Positions 1 through 12,792 of a stretch of DNA of 64,000 nt are shown here, piece after piece. The DNA comes from Trichodelitschia bisporula (Eukaryota), in assembly GCA_010356995.1 (NCBI GenBank), contig ML996705.1, forward strand, positions 124,001-188,000, written 5' to 3'. Position numbers and translations under genes: made by a program. The notes beneath the pieces are model-generated. The model was not told where the DNA came from and ran no database searches. It saw nothing but the letters and a program-made list of their open reading frames with translations. Positions within the stretch are counted from its first letter, which is position 1. Every line of letters begins with the position of its first letter.

Positions 1-3000
1 CCTGCGAAGAAGCGCCGCTTCTTTGTTGAGGATCCGCAGTTTGATGCTGCGCTCAAAAAGGAACCTTCAGTCTCGGATGCTACGGCCAAAGAAGAGCCTT
101 CACTCTCGGATGCTACGATCAAGGAGGAACCTTCACTCCTGGGCACTACGATCAAAGAAGAGCCTTTACTCCTGGGCGCTACGGTCAAAGAAGAGCCTTC
201 ACTCCAGGACGAGATGGATGCAGTGCCAAAGACGGCTGCCTATGCCGAAAGACTAGCAGCTAACAGGGCAGCTTACGAGGCCTACTGCCCCAAAGATGAG
301 GAGGCCGAGGACCGCAGAGATGCCGAATTCTTAGCATCTCTCGATTATATAGACCGCAAAGCCTCGCTCCCGCAGTTCGACATGGAGCTCTTTGCGTCCG
401 TTACCGGCGTCGATAATCTCCCACTTGCCCAGCGGCAGCGGCTGTGGAAGGAGAGCGAACAGAACATGGAGAGGGGTAAGGACGCGCACATCTGTTTTTC
501 GTATTCTAATAGCGACAGCCATCAACATCTACCTGGATGGTGTCTCCCGTGCGAAGTCGGAACAGCCTGCATCCAGTGCACCCAGAACCACCGCTCGGGA
601 CCTCGACAATGGGCACCCCCCTGACCCCAACACCTCGGCCCCGCCGCGCAATATTGCACTGCGAGACGTCCCCTCAAAGCGCTACGTAGGCGCCTTCGGC
701 GTCACAGGCTGGGCAACGCGCAGCGGGTCCAAACTCGCATTTGGAGACACCGTCCTGATCGAGCGCACCAAGCCAGCCCCCACTGCGTACCGGCCGTACA
801 TGCGCCGATCCACCAACAACACCATCGTGCGCTTCACCAACGCCCAGGGCTCGGAGCTGGGCCGGCTGGAAGACGACTACGCGCAGTGGATCTCGTCGCT
901 GCTGGACCAGAAGGTGTGCGAGTTTAGCGGGACCTGCATTTATGCGCCTGAGCGGCTCAAGGTTAATGATACGGTTCACCTCCAGTTGCGCGTTTATCTG
1001 TGTAGGGATACGTTTAAGGGGGCGGCGCTTAAGCCGCTGGAGTCGAATCGCGCGGTTAATTTTCATGAGTCTAGGGAGTCAGAGGAGGAGCGTGCTATAC
1101 GAATACGGCAGGTTGGACTGGTTAAGCTGTTTGATGAGATTAGCCTTATCCCTTCCCGCGCCAGCATGCAGACGGAGAAGCACAAGCGTGAGGCCTTGCT
1201 CCGCGTGGCCGAATCGTCCGACAAGCCGAACAGCTCGTCTCATGTCTCGATGGCGACGCAGACGCTGACGCAGGGAGATGTCCCGTCCAGCCCGCCTGAG
1301 CCCGAAGACGGAGAAGAGCTCAAGCAGGACCAACTCGACGCGTTGTACCGGAAGGCGCAGTCATTCGACTTCAACACGCCTGAGGCCGAGCCCGCGGATA
1401 CGTTTGCACTGGATCTGCGCAAGTACCAGAAGCAGGCGCTGCACTGGATGCTGAGCAAGGAAATGGATGAGAAGGATAGGCACCGCCAGCAGTCTATGCA
1501 TCCGCTGTGGGAGGAGTACCAGTGGCCCACTAAGGACGTGGATGGCAAGGAACTTCCCAAGGTGCCGGGACAGACGGCGTTCTACGTCAACCCGTACTCC
1601 GGTGAGCTGTCGGTCAACTTCCCAGTGCAGGACCAGAACTGTCTCGGGGGCATACTTGCCGATGAGATGGGTCTGGGTAAGACGATTGAAATGCTGAGTC
1701 TGGTGCACACGCACGCGGGCCGTCCCCATCCAGCTGCTGCTGATAACCATCCGCTGCCGAGGTATCGCCCTGATGCCATGCAAGCGCCGAACACGACTCT
1801 CGTTGTCGCGCCGATGTCGCTTATCGCGCAGTGGAAGAGCGAGGCGGAAAAGGCATCGAAAGAAGGCACGCTCGAGGTGCATCTCTACTACGGAAATTCA
1901 CGGTCGCCTAGCCTACGTGATCTGTGCAACAAGAGCACCCCGAGCGTGATCATCACCAGCTACGGCACCGTGGTCTCCGAGTACAATGCAGCGGCGTCCA
2001 ACACCGGCTCCCGGGACTTGATGTCCCTCGACTTCTTCCGCATCATCCTCGACGAGGCACACTACATCAAGAACCGCCAGTCCAAGACAGCCAAGGCCTG
2101 TTTCGCCCTACAGGGTAAACACCGCTGGGTGTTAACAGGCACGCCCATCGTCAACCGCCTCGAAGACCTCTTCAGCCTGGTGCACTTCCTCAAAGTCGAG
2201 CCTTGGAGCAACTTCTCCTTCTGGCGCACCTTCATCACCGTCCCCTTCGAATCCGGCCAATGGATCCGCGCCCTAGACGTCATCCAAACCGTGCTCGAGC
2301 CCCTCGTCATCCGCCGCACAAAAGATATGCGCACCCCCGACGGCAAAACCCTCGTTGGCCTCCCCCCCCGCACCATCAACATTGTGCACCTCGAGCTCTC
2401 CAAGGCGGAGCGCGAAGTCTACGACTGGATCTTCATGCGCGTGCGCCGCGCCTTCGGCGGGAGCATTGACTCCGGCACCATCCTGAAGAGCTACACCACC
2501 GTGCTCGCGCAAATCATGCGCCTGAGGCAAACATGCTGCCACCCCGTCTTGGTTAGGGATAAATCCATCGTCGCGGACGAGGAAGGCGCGGCCGCGGCGT
2601 CGGATCTCGCGTCCGGGCTCGCCGATGATATGGATTTGGAAGCGCTGCTCGCGCGCTTCGAAGCCAGCGACAACGAAGAGCAGGACGCGAATAAATACGG
2701 CGCGCACGTACTGAAGCAGATCCAGGACGAAGCGAATAACGAGTGTCCGATCTGCGCGGAGGAGCCGATGGTACAGCAGGCTGTGACGGGGTGCTGGCAC
2801 GCCGCGTGCCGCAAGTGTTTGCTTGATTTTATCGAGCACCAGCGGCAGGCGGGCAAGATCCCGCGGTGCTTTATTTGTCGCGAGCCCATTAACGCGCGGG
2901 ATGTGTTCGAGGTCATTCGGCACGAGTACAACGGTGCCGAGGGCATTGCTATTATCGACAAGCCGCTTATTTCGCTAAGGCGGGTCAAGTGCGACGACGC

Positions 3001-3569
3001 CAGCACCAAGATCGCAGGCCTGATGAGCCATTTGCGCAGGCTGCGCATGGAGGATCCGCGCGCGAAATCCGTGGTATTTTCGCAGTTTACGTCGTTTTTG
3101 GATGTTATCCAGCCCGCGCTGGAGCGGGACCGCATTCCGTACGTGCGCTTCGATGGCACGATGAGCCAGAAGGCGCGCGCAGCTGTGCTGGAGGATTTTG
3201 CGTCGCGCCCGGTGGGGATGGTGCTGCTGCTGAGCTTGCGGGCGGGGGGTGTAGGGCTGAATCTCACGGCGGCGAAGAGGGTGTTTATGATGGATCCGTG
3301 GTGGAGTTATGCGGTTGAGGCGCAGGCGATTGATCGGGTGCATCGGATGGGGCAGGATAGCGAGGTTATTGTTACTCGGTTTATTATTCGGGGGAGTATT
3401 GAGGAGAAGATGTTGAAGATTCAGGATCGGAAGAAGTTTCTGTGAGTTTTGGGTGATGCTGGGTTTGGGGGTTGCTGCTAACGTGTGTAGGGCGAGTTCG
3501 CTGGGCATGATGAGCGATGAGGATAAGAAGTTGCAGCGCATTGAGGATATTAAGGAATTGCTGAGCTAG
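1..3569 (+). CDS. RAD5: DNA repair protein Rad5 (HIRAN + SNF2 helicase + RING E3 ligase); 5' end lies upstream of the window
   Basis: Frame 1 is open from base 1 (PAKKRRFF...). Intron 476-518 (GTAAG..CAG) joins NMER|AINIYLDG. HIRAN region IVRFTN..ELGRL, Walker A GGILADEMGLGKT, DEAH box, C3HC4 RING (CPIC..CWHAAC..C..CFIC), helicase-C QAIDRVHRMGQ. Intron 3442-3490; last exon ends IKELLS* at 3569. Confidence 0.95.
43..207 (+). repeat. Five 33-bp (11-aa) coding tandem repeats in the Rad5 N-terminus
   Basis: Frame 1 reads DAALKKEPSVS-DATAKEEPSLS-DATIKEEPSLL-GTTIKEEPLLL-GATVKEEPSLQ. Confidence 0.85.
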
Positions 3570-4972
3570 GTGTGATTGGCTTGCATGGCGGCTTTCTGCC
3601 TGTGGGTAGGGTTTCTCTTAGATATAGCCGGCGTTCGCGTTACATGGAAAGAATGGTTCACTGGATGTGGAGCGATGGGGCAATGGGACTTTCAACTGTA
3701 ATCCGGTTGCATGTGCATCTCACCTGGATAGATCCTAATGCGAGGCTATCACCGCCTACTCAACCCAGCCGACGACCGCAAACCTCGTTCAGAACCCCTT
3801 TGCTTCAACGTGAGGCACATCGTCCAAGGTCTGGCTTTCGCTCCCTTCCTTTGCAGTGATCAGCGCAGGAATCAATATTCTGTGCCCCGAAGGAAGGCCT
3901 ATGGGCCACAAATGATGCTTTCAAAATGGCATCCTGCGTCATTTACCACCAATTATCCCATTAAACAAGCTCCACATTCGTACCTCTGCACTATCTCTGG
4001 AATGGAGACCCCCTGCAATACCTCGTCTTTCCTCGGACGGGACTCGAGAAAGCCGGGAAATGGGGCGGATGCTATGGCGGACGCTACGACGGGCCAGAGT
4101 TTATTCGAGCTGCAAGTCCGATCGCACGGCCTTTAGACAGAACAGCAACTATTGTACGGCTGAGATCGTATTCCGGTAATGCTGTACAGCGTCTGGATCC
4201 GTAAAGGTCTACCTCCGTAGAACTACATCCTCACGATCCTGCACCCATGACTCCTGGATACGTTCTCCCAGCCACCGAAAGCCGGTTTCCTGTTAACATC
4301 TGGATTTTCGAATCTTCTCAACGCAATATAATCACTGTCCTCTCTCTCAATCTACTAAACCTAAGACCAGCTTATATCAAGCACTCGAATCTCAAGACAT
4401 GCTCACGATGGCACCGCAAAAAGCATTGAACATCTGGGCTCCACCCCCGCAATTCGCCAAGCCTGCCATCTCCTCTGCATTCAACCGTGTCACAACCTCA
4501 CACGGCGCACAAGAAGCTATGCAACGGTTGCATCCTCATGCTATCGTGAGAATCCTCCCCCCTCACCTAAAAAAAAAGTTCCACCGACCCAAATCCTTCG
4601 TATTCTGCCCCGCAATCTCCATCCAGAATCCTATCCGCTAATCCAAAGGGCCAAGGACCCAGCGCCCAGCACGCCGCCCCCATCTGATTGGCGAGCTATT
4701 CGTATCCCCGCCCTCATAACGGACAGGATATAAATGGGATCAATCTACTCCGCGCCGCACAAGCTGGTATATATAACCTGTCACTGCAGTACGAGTTCAA
4801 ACGTCCATCGACCCACGATCATTCCGTAAAGCTCAAAATCACACTCTTTTGACGTCACTCGGCCAACCTTCACGCTCTCAGCCCTACAAAGGGCCCTGCA
4901 GCCTCAGCCTCAGCCCTACGCAAGCCACACGCAGCCCTACACCACAGCCTCAACCTTACTCCAACCACCAAA

Positions 4973-6001
4973 ATGCTCGTCCTTACGACAACCCTCTTCC
5001 TCCTCCCCCTCCTCGCCACCGCATCCCTTGCTCCCACGCCCCCCCAACTTGACCCTCCCGGCAGCATTGAAACCGGCAACTTCTGCGGCTTCAAAAACCC
5101 CTGCCAACCAGGCTGGACCTGCAAGTCAAGCCTCGCCATGCCGGACTGTGCCGGGCTCGTGGGGGTCTGCCCGTCGGGTAGATGTATGCGCCCCGCACGC
5201 GCAGCGAACAGCCGCCCGCCCTTCCGGCCCGGACTGCCGGGACTTGACGAGCGGGGTGTGGGAGAGGGGGCGCAGGAGAAGGAGCAAGAGCCGAGTGCGC
5301 CGCTCCCCACCCCTTCCCGATGGGACACGCCCGGCTTTCTCCAGGACGCCTTTTGCGGGTCCCAACGCCCACCCTGCGGGCGGTCGCAGGTTGGTGGCCG
5401 GTATGAGGGGGATGAACAGCGGGCCCCCGCCCCTGAGCCCGCGACGTTGGCGAAGCGCGCCGCGGCGGCTCGTCCTACGCCCCCGCCTCTGGACCCGGAG
5501 GCTAGCATCGAGGGCCCGCCGTGCGGATTCAAAACCATGCCCTGTCAGCCGGGCTGGACGTGCAAGAAGCTTGATGAGAGCTGCACAAGGGGGGAGAACT
5601 GCGCTGGCGTGTGTACGCGCAAGGCGGCGGCGGCGGCGAATGGGCGGCCGCCGTTTCGGCCCGGCCCGCCGGGGTTGGATGCGCCTGTGACGAGCACGAA
5701 GCCGAGTGCGACACGTAGACCGAGCCCGGCCCGGCCCGCGGCTACGCGTCCTTCGTACAAGTCGTGTGGTGGGTTTCGGATTCGGAATGAGCCGTGCGCG
5801 GCTGGGGAGATTTGCGTGGATGATCCGTATGCGGGGGGTTGTGGGATGGCGTGCGATGCACCCGGGGTGTGTGTGAAGCCGGTGTTTTGTGGGGGGTTTG
5901 CGGGCTTTCAGTGTGCCGGGGGGCTGATGTGTGTGGATGATCCGAGGGATGATTGTGATCCGAGGAATGGCGGGTCGGATTGTGGGGGGATTTGTGTTTA
6001 G
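4973..6001 (+). CDS. Secreted cysteine-rich repeat protein
   Basis: 342-aa intronless ORF with a hydrophobic signal peptide. Duplicated CGFKxxxCQPGWTCK...RPPFRPGxPGLD module and C-terminal CGGF..C..G..CVDDP..DC..CGGICV modules. TATATAA upstream near 4770. Confidence 0.8.
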   Translation: MLVLTTTLFLLPLLATASLAPTPPQLDPPGSIETGNFCGFKNPCQPGWTCKSSLAMPDCAGLVGVCPSGRCMRPARAANSRPPFRPGLPGLDERGVGEGAQEKEQEPSAPLPTPSRWDTPGFLQDAFCGSQRPPCGRSQVGGRYEGDEQRAPAPEPATLAKRAAAARPTPPPLDPEASIEGPPCGFKTMPCQPGWTCKKLDESCTRGENCAGVCTRKAAAAANGRPPFRPGPPGLDAPVTSTKPSATRRPSPARPAATRPSYKSCGGFRIRNEPCAAGEICVDDPYAGGCGMACDAPGVCVKPVFCGGFAGFQCAGGLMCVDDPRDDCDPRNGGSDCGGICV

Positions 6002-7195
6002 GGGCTGACCTGGGGGGGAAAAGTTTAGCTTGAATTCGATGTACATGTTGGTTCGCGATGTCTTGATGGCTGCCGAATAAGTGCTATATGGAGAAGAAAT
6101 GAATGGCCCACACAGACCGCTTTCTTGCTGTGGACCAATCCGTGATGATAAAGCGACCATGATATAGATACATGAAGCAACCGGGTATTAAGGCATGTAG
6201 GGCACTAAGGCATCATACGTTTCGGTTGGAAGGAGCATATTACTCTTGGGAAGGGACGTGCCAACGGGAGTCGCACATGATGTAGTGTGCTCCTGATAGA
6301 AGGAAGGAACATCGGAGGATATCTGCTACATCATGTACGATGCGTATTTAGTCTCGAGGGTCTCTTTGACTTTCTTCCTCTTCCATCTTTTATCAACCTT
6401 CCCTCCACATCGTGGCCTTCTGTATTTGTCAAGTCTATGCTTCCATTAGACTACAGCGAACGATACAAGATGCTTTAACTCCGTCTGCGGGTACACACCG
6501 CTGTTTTTACTACTACTAGTTCTAGCAAGTTTTCAATATCCTTTCCACGGTTGTTAGCTGATATCCTTTCTTCAGCTCAGCGTGTAGACCACTTTCATTA
6601 TCCCCGCATTGGCAGCCATGTTTCTTCACTGTCACTTCATCGCAAGGCTGCGTCACGTGTCCTACCCCGCATCGTCTTGCAGACGTCGTGCATCCGAAAC
6701 ATGCGCTGCATACCGTAGCCTCTCTCTGCAGCACACTTGTCACACCACTCTGCAGGAAACACGTGAGCATGAAACACCCACTCCTCTCCCGGCACGCTGA
6801 TGAAGGGATGCTCGTCCCTCCGGAGAAACCTCCTCCGCACCGGGTACGCAACCACCTACAACATCAACCACCACCACCACCGTCGCAAAAGGTCTGCTAC
6901 CCCTCCATCCACCCATTAATCTCGCACCTATTCCCCCTCCAAGAAGCTCCTAATGGCGTACCTAGAATCCGGCAAAGCGGTACCACCGCGCCTCCCGCTC
7001 CCACAGTGTGGCGATATTGCAACGCCCCGCGCGCCCCAGCTTCGCCCGCCGCAGATATAGCACCCGCGGCGCATCCAGCCCCTCGCGCCGCCCCCGCGCT
7101 AATTTCCCAATGCCGCGTCCTCTCTTATCTATCAAGCGCGGCCGCGCACACATCGCCAGCACGTCTCCGTCACCAGTCTCTCCTTCAGCACCAGC

Positions 7196-8455
7196 ATGCG
7201 CCTCACTCCCGCCCTCGCGGCGGCCGCCGCTCTTTTCCACGTCCCTGAAGTAACCGCGCACGTCTCTATCCCGCAGGCATTGAACGAGGCCTTCGTCGCT
7301 GAAAAACCGGACTATGAGTGCAAGTTGGCGGCCCCGAGCTTTAACAGCATGTCCGAAGGCTTCGGGCCGCGCACCGCCTTCGCATCCTCCACCGGCCCCC
7401 TTCGCGCAGCCATGGTCTTCGTCGATTTCCCAGATGCCCCCGCGACCGATACCCCAGGCAGCCTGCTTCAGGCCTTCATGCCCGCGGCTGCGGACTGGTA
7501 CAACGCGTCCAGCTACGGACGGCTACATCTCACCGTCGCAGCGGACACACGCAAATTCTACCGCATGCCCCGGCCCAGCGCCGAGTACTCCTGGAACCGC
7601 GCTGGCTTCACGAGTCAAAAGCAAGAACGGTACATCAAGGACGCGATCGCAGCCATAGGCGCGGAGTTCAAGCCCGGCCCCACAGACGTGCTGTACATCG
7701 TGCCGACGCGGCAGGCCGCGCGCATAGGGTTCAGTCCCACGAGTTTGACGCCCATGGCGCTGGCGGATGGGACGAGGGTCAAGGGTACGGTTACGTTTGG
7801 GCAGGATTTGTGGACGGCGTGGGGGTTTAAGGTGCTTAATCACGAGACGGGGCACGTCATGGGTTTACCCGACCTGTATCCCATGGATGGCCGCGCGACG
7901 GGTCTCTGGGTCGGCGGGTTCGACATCATGGGCTTGATTTCCGGGTCCAGTCCTGATTATCTGGGGTGGCATAAGTGGAAGCTCGGGTGGGTGGATAACG
8001 CGCAGGTCAGCTGTGCGAAGGAGGGGGAGAGCGAGCACGTCCTAACCCCCGTGGAAGTCGCCGGCGGGACGAAGATGGCGGTTGTGAAGGTCAGTGACAG
8101 CGTGGCTGTTGTCGCGGAGGTGCGCACGGATGCGGGACTCAACCACGGGAGCTGCTCCAAGGGACTACTGGTGTACGTCGTCGATGCGAGCAAGTGGACG
8201 GGCAACGGCCCCATCGTGGTGCAGAGCGGGAAGGCGGGGACGGTGCGTGGATGCGCTCCGAGTAAGGGGGGCCCGCTCACGAGTGCGGCGTTTGATTTCG
8301 CGGCTAAGGAGGCGATGGTGGATGTTAAGAAGTATGGGGTTACGATTACGACGACTGCGGTGGAGGGCGCGAATTATCGCATTAAGATCAAGTATGCGCC
8401 GGTGGCGGGGGGGCGACCGAAGCCGGCGGGGGGGTTTTTGGGGTTCGGGGGATGA
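7196..8455 (+). CDS. Secreted M6-family (immune inhibitor A-like) zinc metalloprotease
   Basis: 419-aa intronless ORF with a signal peptide. M6 motifs VFVDFPD, SSYGRL, HETGHVMGLPDLY (HExxH), FDIMG and WHKWKLGW. Confidence 0.85.
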   Translation: MRLTPALAAAAALFHVPEVTAHVSIPQALNEAFVAEKPDYECKLAAPSFNSMSEGFGPRTAFASSTGPLRAAMVFVDFPDAPATDTPGSLLQAFMPAAADWYNASSYGRLHLTVAADTRKFYRMPRPSAEYSWNRAGFTSQKQERYIKDAIAAIGAEFKPGPTDVLYIVPTRQAARIGFSPTSLTPMALADGTRVKGTVTFGQDLWTAWGFKVLNHETGHVMGLPDLYPMDGRATGLWVGGFDIMGLISGSSPDYLGWHKWKLGWVDNAQVSCAKEGESEHVLTPVEVAGGTKMAVVKVSDSVAVVAEVRTDAGLNHGSCSKGLLVYVVDASKWTGNGPIVVQSGKAGTVRGCAPSKGGPLTSAAFDFAAKEAMVDVKKYGVTITTTAVEGANYRIKIKYAPVAGGRPKPAGGFLGFGG

Positions 8456-8557
8456 CGTGGATAGAACTAATAACACCCCAGTTTCCATGCATTGCGAACG
8501 TCGATGGCATTACCGCTTTTGCAACCCCCTTCATTAGGTACTCCTCGCCCCACACCC

Positions 8558-9874
8558 TCAGCGAAATCGCTCCGGACTCATAACCACCCTCGCCAGTTTA
8601 ACCCGCACAATCTGATCCAGCGCCAGCACAACAAGCTCATCGCCCGCCAGCGCAAAATTCGCAACATCGGTCTTTCGCGTAATCCCCTTCTTCAGCCCAT
8701 CGGCCTTGAACCCACCAAGAATCTCGCCCCCGCTATTCCGCACCACGATCCCCTCGCCCTCCGCCGCCCACACCCGCCCCTCGTCATCGCACTTCAGTCC
8801 ATCCGGCACGCCCTTCCGCGCCTTCTCACCGAAGGGCCGCATATTCCGCAACTCGTTCTCGGTGACATCAAACGCAAAAATCGCCTTCACGCCGCCGTTC
8901 ACGCGGTTCCGCCGCGGGGCGAACGGCGTCTGCGATACGTACGCCGTGCGCCCGTCAGGGCTGAAGCACACCCCATTCGGCGGGTCCAGTTGCCTGGCAC
9001 TGACGACGCGGATCAACTCGCCCGTATCGAGGTCAAGGCGGTACGTAGCGTCTGGCCCCTCCGGCGGTCCCTGGATGCGAAAGAACGTCGCGAAGTCCGG
9101 GTCCGTGAAGTAGAGCAGCGTGCGATTGCCATCTCGCACGACGGCAATGTCATCCGGGCCGTTGAGGCGGCGGTCCTCGAACTTGTCCACCAACGTGGTA
9201 ACTTGTCCGGAGACCGGGTCTATAGCGACGATGCCCGGCCTTGCGCCCGTTGTGCGATTGCCCCACTCGGTGAAGTACAGCGTGCCGTCGAAATAGAACC
9301 CGCCCGCCGGATTCACAAGCTCGCGACTCAGTGCCGGCGCGCGCACGGTATTAGTCTCCAGATCCAAGGTGAACACATACGCCGGCGGCTTATTAATCTC
9401 GCTCGTGAACCAGACCTCATTCCTAACCCATCAGCCCAGCACCCCCCAAGTTAACCGCACTCACCGCTCCGGCACCCAAACACCCCCCTCATACGCAAAG
9501 CTGCGCATCGTGATATTCGCCTCCTCACCCGGCCCATTCGGCGCCCAACGCCTCGCCGCCAGGTTGATACTCCCCGCGCCGGCCGGGCCCGCAAGACCCG
9601 CGGACCGCCCGAGCCCGACTAGGGCGTCGAACTCCGGCGACGCGGACCAAGTCACCTCATGTAGGGTCGGAGGCGGCGTGGCCAGGAAGTCGGCAATCTG
9701 TTCTGGCGTCTCGGGTTTCTGGGCCCCGGGCCGCGGCCACGCGGGTTGCAGTGCGTCACCGGCCTCATCTTTCTCGAAATCGTCGTCGTCGTCGTCATCC
9801 GGCGATTGGGCGCCTGTAAGGAGGGGCAGAAGCGCGAGAGCGCGGAGGAGCAGGGCGAGAGGGGGGCGGCGCAT
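8558..9874 (-). CDS. Secreted SMP-30/gluconolactonase family beta-propeller protein
   Basis: ATG at 9874 with a signal peptide. Intron 9423-9464 joins EGGVWVPER|NEVWFTS. Motifs RLNGPDD, LYFTDP, PNGVCFSPDG and PDGLKCDDEGRVW. Confidence 0.85.
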
Positions 9875-11277
9875 GGCGGGCAGTGGAATAGTGGGTGAAG
9901 CTCCATCCGGGACCGCAGTAGAACTAGTATATGTACCGCCACCGGCGGCGGGATAGAGTAGCACGCTCCACGCGGTAGTGCGAGCCGAAAAGTGGGCGAC
10001 GCGCGTGCGCCAAATTAGGCTTCCGGCCGGGGCGGCGCTGAATTCTGGGATGTGATTTAGTGGGTTGTCTGTGCGGTGTGGGGTTCAGGTACGGATTCAG
10101 AGTGCTTTACGGTAGAGGGGGCCGTGCGGGTTTATGGGATTTTGGCTTTTGGTGGTGGTGAGGTTGAGGCGTAGTGGCAGCTGTCTTGGGGACGCGGTGG
10201 TGTTTCTGGAGGTGCTAGAGTCAAGTCAATGAAACCATTGCAGCGTGGAAGTCGAAGATGGCGGTGTCCATGGCTGTGTCTCCAGTCGCTGCTCCTGAGC
10301 GACGTCGGCCGCGGTGAGCAAGACCCGGTATACGAGCGCTGCGTATAGGGCACACGCGAAAGGTTACTTAATCCGATGCGGGGAAGAAATATACAGTTAG
10401 TGACGGTAGTAGGCAATTGGGGCCAAAACTTTGCGCAAATAGCGTCGGTCAGCCGTCCATAAACTACATAGACGGCATACAAGGTCGGCGAACGCCATGG
10501 CTCGACAGAAACCGGCTTCCGGGATAGTAGGCCAGGTACAGAACCTTGATGCCGCGATCTCAAGATTTTTGGTTTACTTTGGGGGGGGGGGTCCTAAACT
10601 AGGGCAGTTAGCAAAAATTCTTACTGCTGGTAGGGTGCTCGGTTACCTTTAATATGCAGCTATATTGAGCTATCCGTGGCCAGTTGGACTTCGTGTTTTT
10701 GATGCACTAGTATCGAGACCTGTATCCGTTCGTCAGCATATGCGACGCGGAAGCACCACAGCCTTCCAGAGGTAGACGACGGCCAATGGCCACCTGGAAA
10801 AGTCATGGCCCCCCTGCCTGGGCGTTTCGCGGACGAGGTCGGCCACGACCTTGTCGATAGTCGTTGGATGTCACGATCCTATACCTTTTCAGGTGTAACA
10901 AAGATTAATTGTTCGGAGGAGGTGAAGAGGAGAGGGAGGAGAGGATGACTCAGAGTTTTCCCCTCCCCAAGCTCCTGCCGCGAGAAAAGAGCACCGCAGG
11001 CCCCCCAGTTCCTGGCAGGAGCTGCCCTCCAGACCCTGGGAGCGATCCGGAGGTGTCCCAGCCCAGTCCCGTGACATCGGATGTCGAGTGCGATGCGGTT
11101 TGCCGAGTATTTTCTGATGAGGTGGGTTCGAAACTCACGCAGCGCTGGAGGTTAGTCAAGACAATCGCCACGCACATCCCGTCAATAGCCTGGATGTCGT
11201 CTCTTATTTTTCCCCTCCGTTGCCTTCTCCCACCTCAAGGCAAAGCAGCTTGCCGCACTCTCCCCACTCAGCGCCCT

Positions 11278-12590
11278 CTACCTCTCCACCGAGCTCGTAT
11301 TCCTCCTCACAGCCCGCTCCTCAACCTCAGAACTTGAATTCCTCCGCCTCTCCCACCCCTTCTGCCCCCTCCCCTTCCCCTTCCCATTTCCCTCACGCTT
11401 GCGCTCCGCAGTATCCTCCCCCTTCACTCCCTCCTTCACACTCCACTCCTGCAACCTTTCCACAACCTTGGGTCCCCACGTGTCCTCCCCGGCTTCAAAG
11501 TCCGCCCACTCGAGCACATTCTTCCCTAGCTCAAAATCGCCCTGCTGCGTGCGCACCAGCGAGGCCATCGTGCCCAGCGAGCCCACAGCGCGCCCGACGT
11601 CATGGCACAGCGAGCGGACGTAGAATCCTGACGAGACAGTCATGGTGAGGCGGGCAGCCGGCGGGCCGGCTGTTTGTGCATCCGGCGCGCTCGAAGCTTC
11701 GGTGGTGTTTGGGACATCGGCGGGTACCGAGCCGGCGATGTTTGAAACTTCGGCGGGCGCCTCGCCAGCAACTTCTTCCGTCTTCGGCACCTTAGACTCG
11801 GGCTCAACCTCCTTCCCCACCGCCTCCACCTCCTCCCCCTCCCTCTTCCTCTTCAACGCCCCACCCCCCCCAACACCAAGCAACTTCGCCGCCACAGCCC
11901 TCTCCTCGCTCCCCGCCTCCTCCGGCAACCGCCACTCATGCGCGCCCGGCTCATACCACTCCACACACTCCAGCTCCTCAACCCTCACCGGCCTCTCCGG
12001 CAACGTCGGAATCTCCCCCCCCTCCCTCGCATACTCATACATCCTCTTCCCATTAACCCTGAGTGCCGAAAACACCGGCGGCTGCTGCATAATCTCGCCC
12101 CTAAACCTCTTCAGCGCCTCCTCAACCGCACCCCGCGTGACATGCCCCGCCGGTGCCCTTGCGACCGTCTTCCCAAGCACATCGTACGTATCTGTCGCCG
12201 CGCCGAAGAGCACCACGCACTCGTACCTCTTCGTACACTGCAAAAAACCGCCTAGGGCCTTCGTTCCAGCGCCGACCCCTAGGATGAGCACACCCGTCGC
12301 AAGCGGGTCCAGCGTCCCCCCGTGCCCGAGCTTCACCTGCAGTGCCTTGCGGTCGCGGCGGTGGCGCGCCTTGGTGCGCGGTTCGTTGTGGTTTTTGGCG
12401 GTTTCGCGGGCGAGGAGGGGGGCGAAGAGGGGGGAGCGGGATAGGAGGGGTTGGAGGTCGCGGAGGAGTTGGGCGGAGGTTATGGAGGGGGGTTTGTTGA
12501 TTGCTGGGATGTGTTAGTGGGGATGGGAGGGGAGGGGGGGGGGGGGTTACCCATTACGCCTTCCAGGATGGCGGAGGCCTTGGGGGGCAT
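11278..12590 (-). CDS. PUS4: tRNA pseudouridine(55) synthase, TruB family
   Basis: ATG at 12590. Intron 12504-12550 joins EGVM|AINKPPSITS. Motifs KLGHGGTLDPLATGVL, QQPPVFSALRVNGKRMYEYAR and GFYVRSLCHD. Confidence 0.93.
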
Positions 12591-12768
12591 TGTGGGGGGC
12601 CCGGGGGCGGGCGGCGCGTCTGAGGCCACTGTGGTGGATGGGTTGTTGAATTGAGGGTTTCTGCGGGGTGCGCGTTGAATCGGGGTGTTTAGCGACGGGA
12701 AAGGGATGGTGTGGTGTAGGTGCAGCTTGGTGATGGGTGCGCTGAAGACGTGGAGAAAAACAGATCGG

Positions 12769-12792
12769 GCTTATCGATAAGCTATCGATAAG
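12769..12792. promoter_or_regulatory. Duplicated palindromic TATCGATA element upstream of PUS4
   Basis: GCTTATCGATAAGC (perfect 14-bp palindrome) is immediately followed by TATCGATAAG. The same motif recurs at 23484-23495. Confidence 0.5.

Noticed and set aside
23..256. 77-aa Arg/Ser-rich repeat ORF in the track
   Set aside because: It is an alternative frame of the Rad5 N-terminal 33-bp repeats.
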